Positions 57,001 to 64,000 of a stretch of 64,000 nucleotides of DNA are shown piece after piece. Positions within the stretch are counted from its first letter, which is position 1. Each line of letters starts with the position of its first letter. Both the position numbers and the translations under genes were made by a program. This DNA is from Pachysolen tannophilus NRRL Y-2460 (lineage: Eukaryota), in contig KV454015.1 of assembly GCA_001661245.1 (NCBI GenBank), positions 537,465 through 601,464 of the forward strand. Direction: 5' to 3'. Under the pieces are notes generated by a model. It was given only the letters and a program-made list of their open reading frames with translations, ran no database searches and was not told where the DNA came from.

Positions 57001-57555
57001 AGAAATTGGATCACAAAAAATAATTTTACCATTTAAATTCTCAATGTAGTCATTTGTCCTAAGAATCTTATATTCTTGATTATTTTTCAACAATTGGTAT
57101 AAATTATCTTTTGAAATACCAGATAATAATTCGTAGACTTCATCAGGAAAAGAAATGTAAACTCTAGATATCAGCGGAAGCGGTATATTACCACGAAAAT
57201 CAATGGCACTTATTAGACAACTATCAACAGTCATCTGACCACTAAACCTATCCATTAAACTAGTAACATTATTGAATTCTACTGTTAACGAGGGCAAGCT
57301 TGAATTCACCCATATCTGATAAGTTTCAAATTTTTTAAACAACGACGACCCAATAAGTTTTATCGATGCAAATAATGGGTATTGCTGTTGTTCTTCCCAA
57401 CTTGTACCATATAGTTCACTATAAAGATTCGGTGAAATATTAATATGATCTTTTGCTAATTGTGGATTTTGGTTGAAAATCACATACGATAGAACGGGTT
57501 TTTGCGAACAGTTCTTGTAAGAAAGCACCTTGGATTCCTCTATTAAAGCCGGCAT
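54082..57555 (-). CDS. PEX6: Peroxisomal AAA ATPase Pex6
   Basis: SIGAPRIPDVKWEDVGG, GPPGTGKT, ELLNMYIGESEANVR, GDSGGVMDRIVSQLL, GADFYALCSDAM. Confidence 0.96.
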   Translation of the reverse strand: MPALIEESKVLSYKNCSQKPVLSYVIFNQNPQLAKDHINISPNLYSELYGTSWEEQQQYPLFASIKLIGSSLFKKFETYQIWVNSSLPSLTVEFNNVTSLMDRFSGQMTVDSCLISAIDFRGNIPLPLISRVYISFPDEVYELLSGISKDNLYQLLKNNQEYKILRTNDYIENLNGKIIFCDPISQGLLTEETNVTVVRRDNDEIFYQKAVSANEPIIDTINLNTLDYLSLESSDEEEEQENFPKTELKELKFNLKSLLFKINNFAPTPSQEGKEDDQIFGFVKINELNKIGCFSGDYIKVRISTSEDTDKSQIRTFKVFSFLEPNEFESNTIYLSSVSILNLYKNLLVPNFEFEKLSVWISRISKPQQSFNVPIAKQVNIARVSSPITLDRTLQHLFLSNLKSFFEVKNRVVYEGQLIPIPIDTILARSIFSTYETLQSLLNTDDVNKPEFPSVIPGGNCDAVAWFKVTEVVGDNNNHDHNGQYIIDSSRTRMIQSGIVTEAPPILDYKLLNWYEYLGLERLFQFPNVKLLNNTYSFQFAKTLRKLIGTSLLNRNRSFNLQTTVLLSSLSRGIGKSLLVKNLSIELGVHLVELDAYEVLNPSSDVKTIGTLRGKLDRIVESATPLIIHLRHIEAIAKKVDQQLNLQSNQQKESLNLKVAELIDEYSKQKGVIFIVSTSDSDCLSDTVRSNLRFEINLNVPTEFERKQIFRFLISVGDSDSTNFSLTDYQFLPREDLSFDHLALQSAGLTPRDLSSIVGAAKSFAIERFESLAEKLTITLTQLIINNGGYITLTPEDFDKAIGNARSKFSDSIGAPRIPDVKWEDVGGLDMVKDEILDTIDMPLRHPHLFNNGLKKRSGILFYGPPGTGKTLLAKAIATNFALNFFSVKGPELLNMYIGESEANVRKVFQKARDAKPCVVFFDELDSVAPKRGNQGDSGGVMDRIVSQLLAELDGMSDSEGGDGVFVVGATNRPDLLDEALLRPGRFDKMLYLGIPDTHTKQTKILEALTRKFQMDSQINLSHIAGSCPFHFTGADFYALCSDAMLNAMTRTASDVDRMFQDHNATIEKEEEKISLRYWFDNIASSQDVEVLVKEEDFIKLRNEIIPSVSAEELDHYLRVRQNFEGSGGEKIEQKNHSIDYITNGSSNGGDNNFLEN

Positions 57556-57755
57556 CCATTATATTTCAGTCTCTTAAAAAAATTTTTTTTTTTTTTGGCT
57601 ATACTCACTGATTATTGATTATATTTAGTTGGTTGAACGGTGGTGAATTTACTATTATTTACTATATTATGCATTGTAAAAGAGTAAAAAAAATAAAAAA
57701 AGATAAAAAAAAATAAATGGGGCGGTCATTTATTATTTACCGAACTATTCTAGTA

Positions 57756-59207
57756 TTAAGCATTACGAACGTTATTCATTAACTCAGGATCCAAGTTCAA
57801 CCGATTGTCATTGTGATTGTCATTATCATTATCATTATTGTCTTTATTATTATTATTGTTGGTGTTATTACTTGCAGATCTATCTTGACGTTGTTGGGTA
57901 TTTATTGCTGCAGCAACTGCTTCCAATGTAGCATCACCAGCTGTTAGTTGATGATTGGAGTAATAATTGGGAGAGTCATCATCAGAATTTGAATCACGAT
58001 TTGCTGTATTGACTGTGCTTTCCCTTTCTTCATCAAGGTCAGCTTCTTCTCCTTCTTCTTCTTCTTCTTCTTCTTGTTTTAAAATTTTTAAATAACTTTG
58101 AAATAATTTTTGTTGTTCTTCTACTAACCATTCCGATCTATTAGCTAAATTGTATAGAGATAATCCAGAAATTCCTAAAGCATCTTGAGCGCATTGTCTT
58201 TGTTCTCTTATCCATATATCTAATTTTGCATCATTTGATAAACTCAACCAGTTTTCAAAAGCGGTAGATAATTTTTCTTGATAATCTTGAAACTTTTTCA
58301 ATTTCTTGGAACTTATTTCATTTTGTAAATTTGCTAACCTTAATTCTACATCATTAGAATGTTCTGCACTTGATTGAATCAGATATTGAGTATTAGTATC
58401 TAACAATTGTTGATTGTTTAAGTATTCTTTTAAAGTTCTAAAAGTCTCCAAAGTGGGTGGATCATGAGGCCATTTTGAAGGTGGTAAGAAATATAATACC
58501 ATCCTTGGGAAAGATGGATGTTGTTGTAATGATGGTTTCCCCAATTTTGATAAGAAATTCACCATTGCCAATTTTTCAGCTTTTAATTTTCTATCTTGAA
58601 GTTTTCTTCTTTTACGATTTTTAATTTTAACATTTTCATTTTGATTATATATTCTTGCTCTTTCATTTCTCCTTTTCCTTGCTCTAGGATTATCAACACC
58701 AGACCGTCTTTGAACATCTGATCTAATTTTCATAATTTCTGCAATGGGATGAAGATCAGTACCTTTTTTCAAATCCAAATGTCTACCTAAAGATCCAGGA
58801 TGACTAAAATATTTCCCACAAAACGGACACACTTTTTTCAAATCCAACGAACCACTACCAGAACCAACATTAGAGCTCCCATTACCATCAGATCTAACAA
58901 AATTTTTTTGCGATTGCAAAGTAGGCGATTTCTGAACTTCATCTATAAGATTATCATGATGATCTTTGCCATTAACACCAGTACCAATACCAGTACCACT
59001 ATTAGTATTAGTATTACTATTACTATTGCTACCATTATTATTATTATTATTATTACCACTACCATGAAGCAAGTTCACACTATGTAAAGCAGCATCAACA
59101 GCATGCTGCACATCGATATTCTGGAAATAATTCGAAGGATTAAATTGATCATCATCTTCACCCGCTAAACCATTTATCTGACCATTGTTATTCTTATCAT
59201 TGGACAT
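57756..59207 (-). CDS. Zinc-finger-like nuclear protein, possibly Rsf1 (respiration factor 1) family
   Basis: CPFCGKYFSHPGSLGRHLD...HP..EI.KIR, basic region, Asn- and Glu-rich tracts. ATG at 59207. Confidence 0.6.
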   Translation of the reverse strand: MSNDKNNNGQINGLAGEDDDQFNPSNYFQNIDVQHAVDAALHSVNLLHGSGNNNNNNNGSNSNSNTNTNSGTGIGTGVNGKDHHDNLIDEVQKSPTLQSQKNFVRSDGNGSSNVGSGSGSLDLKKVCPFCGKYFSHPGSLGRHLDLKKGTDLHPIAEIMKIRSDVQRRSGVDNPRARKRRNERARIYNQNENVKIKNRKRRKLQDRKLKAEKLAMVNFLSKLGKPSLQQHPSFPRMVLYFLPPSKWPHDPPTLETFRTLKEYLNNQQLLDTNTQYLIQSSAEHSNDVELRLANLQNEISSKKLKKFQDYQEKLSTAFENWLSLSNDAKLDIWIREQRQCAQDALGISGLSLYNLANRSEWLVEEQQKLFQSYLKILKQEEEEEEEGEEADLDEERESTVNTANRDSNSDDDSPNYYSNHQLTAGDATLEAVAAAINTQQRQDRSASNNTNNNNNKDNNDNDNDNHNDNRLNLDPELMNNVRNA

Positions 59208-59669
59208 GATTGACCATATACACAGATGTAATAGGAAAATCCATAGATAAGTAGCCAATAATAAATACGTTTTATTACTAACTATGCCGCAATCCAAAAC
59301 GAAGAAAAACAAGAAAAAAAATTAGAAAACGAAAAAAAAAAATTCAGTCAAAAATTTCGAAATTGAGCGGAGGATAAAGAAATTTAAAGGTATTTTTACC
59401 ACATTCGGACATATTTAGTACGAGCCAACACTACTTTTTGCTTTTTTTGTTTTTATTTTCGTTTTTTCCGTTCAAGTGTACCAACTACCTCGCTACCACT
59501 CTTGCTTTGTTGTTTTCCCGTTTCGGCTATAATGTGTTTAAATGCCACGACTTTCTTTGGTTCTTTCTGCACAACTATTTAATTCTAGTACACGACCATA
59601 TAGATATAAAATTACATTTCCTAATCGGGATATTTGATTTGTAACTCCTAGTTCGCGCACTACTTTTAG

Positions 59670-59692
59670 TGGAATTTTAAAGAATGTTCCAT
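59670..59692. promoter_or_regulatory. Heat-shock-element-like site upstream of HSP90
   Basis: AGAATGTTCC (nGAAnnTTCn) at 59681-59690. Confidence 0.45.
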
Positions 59693-59983
59693 AAATCAAA
59701 AATTGGGCAAAAAAAAAAAAAAAATTGGAAAAGAAAATTTTTTGACGTTCTTTTTTGTTTGTATGTAACGCTTCCCAAAGATTAATTCAATCAACGTAAC
59801 CATATAAATAAATCAAAAGAGATTGCCAATTTTTCTTTTTTTTTTTTTTAATATTATAATTATTATTTTTATTCTATTCTAATATATTCAATTAGTATTA
59901 AAAGTATTTAAATACATCTACTTAAAAGTTTTTTTTTTTATTTGATTAGAAGAAAAAAAAGGAAAGGATAGGGAAAAAAAAAG

Positions 59984-62124
59984 ATGGCAGACCTTAAATC
60001 AGAATCATTTGAATTTCAAGCTGAGATTTCTCAGTTGATGAGTTTATTCATCAATACAGTTTATTCTAATAAAGAAATTTTTTTAAGAGAATTGATTTCT
60101 AATGCATCTGATGCTTTGGATAAGATTAGATACCAGGCTCTTTCTGATCCAAAACAATTGGAATCTGAACCTGAATTATTTATCAGAATAACACCAAAGC
60201 CAGAAGAAAAAGTTTTGGAGATTAGAGATTCTGGTATTGGTATGACAAAAGCTGATTTGATTAACAACTTGGGTACGATTGCCAAGTCCGGTACTAAGGC
60301 GTTTATGGAAGCTCTTTCTGCTGGAGCTGATGTTTCTATGATTGGTCAATTTGGTGTTGGTTTCTATTCGTTATTCCTTGTTGCTGATCATGTTCAAGTT
60401 ATTTCAAAGAATAATGATGATGAACAATATATTTGGGAATCAAATGCAGGTGGTAAGTTCACTGTTACATTGGATGAATCCAATGAAAGAATAGGAAGAG
60501 GTACTGTATTGCGTTTATTTTTAAAAGATGATCAATTGGAATATTTGGAAGAGAAACGTATTAAGGAAGTTGTTAAGCGTCATTCTGAATTTGTTTCTTA
60601 TCCAATTCAATTAGTTGTTACAAAAGAAGTTGAAAAAGAAGTTCCAGCTGATGAAGAAGAAACTACTGAAGAAAAAAAGGAAGATGAGGAAGAAACTAAA
60701 GAACCAAAAGTAGAAGAAGTTAAAGATGAAGATGAAGAAGAAAAAGAAAAAAACCAAAGACAAAGACTGTAAAAGAAGAAGTTACAGAAACTGAAGAATT
60801 GAATAAGACTAAGCCTTTATGGACTAGAAACCCATCTGAAGTTACTCAGGAAGAATATAATGCTTTCTATAAATCAATTTCAAATGATTGGGAAGATCCA
60901 TTGGCTGTTAAACATTTCTCAGTTGAAGGTCAATTAGAATTTAAGGCAATCTTATTTATTCCAAAGAGAGCTCCATTTGATTTATTTGAATCAAAAAAGA
61001 AGAAGAACAATATTAAATTATATGTTCGTCGTGTCTTTATTACTGATGAAGCTGAAGAATTAATTCCAGATTGGTTATCATTTGTTAGAGGTGTTGTTGA
61101 TTCTGAAGATTTACCATTAAACTTATCAAGAGAAATGTTACAACAAAATAAAATCTTGAAAGTTATTAGAAAAAACATTGTTAAAAAAATTATTGAAACT
61201 TTTAACGAAATTGCTGAAGATCAAGAACAATTTGATAAATTTTACACAGCTTTTAGTAAGAATATAAAATTAGGTATTCATGAAGATTCTCAAAATAGAA
61301 ATGCATTGGCTAAATTGTTGAGATATAATTCAACAAAATCTGCTGAAGAACAAACTTCTTTATCTGATTATGTAACAAGAATGCCGGAACATCAAAAAAA
61401 TATTTACTTTATTACTGGTGAAAGTATTAAAGCTGTTGAAAAATCACCATTCTTGGATGCTTTGAAAGCAAAGAATTTCGAAGTTTTATTCTTGACTGAT
61501 CCAATTGATGAATATGCTATGACTCAATTAAAAGAATTTGAAGATAAGAAATTGGTTGATATTACAAAAGATTTTGAATTAGAAGAAACTGAAGAAGAAA
61601 AGAAAAAAAGAGAAGAAGAAATTAAAGAATTTGAACAATTAACTAAAGTTCTTAAAGATATCTTGGGTGATCAAGTTGAAAAAGTTGTTGTTTCATACAA
61701 ATTAGTTGATGCACCAGCAGCTATCAGAACTGGTCAATTTGGTTGGTCAGCTAACATGGAGAGAATAATGAAAGCTCAAGCTTTAAGAGATACAAGTATG
61801 TCTTCATACATGGCTTCAAAGAAGATCTTTGAAATCTCTCCACAATCTCCAATCATTAGAGAATTGAAAAAGAAGGTTGAAACTGATGGTCCAGAAGATA
61901 GAACAGTTAAAGATTTAACAACTTTGTTATACGAAACTGCTTTATTGACTTCAGGTTTCACTTTAGATGAACCAACTTCATTCGCTGCTAGAATCAACAG
62001 ATTGGTCGCTTTAGGTTTGAACATTGATGAAGATGAAGAAGCCGCAGCTGCTGATTCCACTGAAGCTGCCACTTCTGCAACTGAAGAGGCTCCAGCTGAA
62101 TCTGCTATGGAGGAAGTCGATTAG
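59984..62124 (+). CDS. HSP90: Cytosolic Hsp90; frameshift at an A7 run (60747-60753)
   Basis: [31 protein letters not shown]-terminal MEEVD. Adding one A joins the two ORFs as [15 protein letters not shown]. Confidence 0.95.
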
Positions 62125-62385
62125 ATTAAAGTTTGAAGAATTAGAAAAGAAATTTTTTTTTTTTTTTTCTTTTTTCGTTTTAAGCTTTTTCTACATACTA
62201 TTTTCTTTATATTAATTTTTTTTTTTTTTTTTTTTTTATTTTATTTTTATTTTTTATTATTATTCTTTTGTTCTTTGCCTTTTTGACTTATAACCATTTT
62301 ATAGTTTAATTTTTACGTTGTGTATAAGCACATGGTTAATATATATTAATGAAATAAAATAATATAATGATATTGATAATGATAA

Positions 62386-63343
62386 TCAATGAAAACTTTT
62401 AATAATTTCATTTTTTAACTCTTCATTTGTATCTTCAGCATACTCAAAATTTGGATTTTTCACGGATTTTGTGGGAAAATTAAAATCATCAACTTCTACA
62501 AATTTATCAACATCATTATTTTTATAAATTTTTATCCCGTTACAATTTTCTATTACAATTCTATTGGCCTCATTTAGTATCCGGGGAACAATTATACTTT
62601 GTTGTAAATTGTGTAATCGTAACTGATAAGATTCTGTTACTATTAAATTATCAGAACCACAATCTATGAAAATTGATGTATTTGATTTGATATTAATTTT
62701 AGAATTATGAATATTGGAAAGATGAATAGAATCTGGAATATACCCGGTATTATCCATTTTAATTATAGATGATTGAATATTATTTAAAAAAATGTGAGCA
62801 GTTGAAGAATTTATTGGCTTCGCGATCGTATATTCTATACCAATAATGTTTTCAGCTGTTGGTTCTTGTTTTTGCTCTTCATTAATTGCTTTGAAATCTA
62901 TTGTTGAATCAGAAGTTTCAATTTTTGCAAACGGTACTTTATTTTTATTCTTAAAACTAAATTTTTTCTTTCCCTTATTCAAATCTTTGCTCTTGGACTC
63001 TAATAAGTTAAACAATTGATCAATAGTGTTGGTATAGTATTTCTGATCATAAGCAGGCAACGATGAAATAAAATTTCCACTTCCATTCCCAATAACTTCT
63101 CCATCATCACGATTACAAGAGAAAATTTCCAGCGGCAATTGGTTTATCTCCATTTTCAAATCTTTGATTTCTGATGCTGTCGTTACTTGATCAATTTTTT
63201 TCTGAATCTCTATCAAAAAAATAAAAAACAATACAGTTAGTAAATCAATTATTCTGCTATTATATTAACTTTTCCGCAATGAACTTACCATTTTTTCGCA
63301 CATTAAATTCCGAATAGATTTTTTGAAAATCTCCTGAAGACAT
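62386..63343 (-). CDS. Tubulin-folding cofactor C-like (Cin2/TBCC), two exons (63343-63289, 63209-62386)
   Basis: GTAAGT...TACTAAC...TAG intron (63288-63210); LPAYDQKYY, KKKFSFK, QLRLH, IVIENC, VDDFNF...NPNF. Confidence 0.8.
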
Positions 63344-63720
63344 TACTGACTGATAAGACTTTGCTATGGTTAACAACAATCATATAATATATATATATGT
63401 ATATACATATATATATATATATATTATATGATTTTTGGTTGGAAAGTGACAAGAAAACAGGGTGACACAGAAGGCATCCAGGTGGCACATGTCATTTTTT
63501 TAAAAAAAAGGGTCATTCCAAACGGTCGTGTTTTTGGAAACAGAAAAGGCCGATTTTTCGAAAAAAGGTAAACAAAACAAAAAGGTAAACAAATAATAGA
63601 ATCTCCTAATAATAATAATACTTTTATTTAATACTATTCTCTATGGTTTGAATATCAAGAATTAGTCACTATAATTGATAGAGGACTTGTATTGATATTA
63701 TCAGTATTAATATTTAACAT

Positions 63721-63761
<41 letters not shown>

Positions 63762-63871
63762 TTTTATTTTTTGCTATTTATTTGTTTTAATCGTAAGAGA
63801 GAAGTAAGGAAGGAAGAAGAGAAGAAAAGGTAAACAAGGCTATTCATAAAACCAAAAAAGAAGAAAAAAAA

Positions 63872-64000
63872 ATGACAACTCCTCTAAGTTCACCAACTAA
63901 AAGAGGATCTTCTCCAACGAAGAATCAAGAGTTTTCGCCGTTGATGTCGGCATCAAGATTTAATAGTAAGGTAAACACTGCTGCAGACAAGAATCATGTT
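63872..64000 (+). CDS. 5' end of an unidentified gene, cut by the window edge
   Basis: A-rich ATG context; open frame MTTPLSSPTKRGSSPTKN... with SP motifs. Confidence 0.55.
   Translation, partial: MTTPLSSPTKRGSSPTKNQEFSPLMSASRFNSKVNTAADKNHV

Noticed and set aside
22831..57555. Peroxisome or autophagy 'gene cluster' (PXA2, PEX6, ATG101)
   Set aside because: The genes are tens of kb apart and interspersed with unrelated housekeeping genes.
59984..62124. HSP90 as a pseudogene
   Set aside because: Only a single homopolymer indel, with all motifs conserved and codon choice typical of a highly expressed gene.

Overview
AT-rich, gene-dense segment of a budding-yeast (Saccharomycotina) chromosome with about 30 protein-coding genes, at least 7 short spliceosomal introns, and no rRNA, tRNA, transposon or CRISPR that I can support. 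Family calls come from remembered motifs, not searches. Three things stand out. (1) CTG codons sit at conserved alanine positions in PMT4, SER1 and PEX6. This indicates the CUG=Ala genetic code (Pachysolen/Nakazawaea/Peterozyma clade), so the ORF track mistranslates them as Leu. (2) The mitochondrial EF-Tu gene TUF1 (- strand) has no credible start or presequence. A matching ATG, presequence exon and canonical intron lie just upstream on the OPPOSITE (+) strand, so the 5' end of the gene appears inverted (about 0.4 kb, ~34195-34610). (3) Several genes missing from S. cerevisiae are present: TSC1, ATG101, a MARCH5-like RINGv ligase and a stand-alone Sde2-like ubiquitin fold. HSP90 and RTP1 are each broken by a 1-nt slip in an A-homopolymer, most likely a sequencing error.
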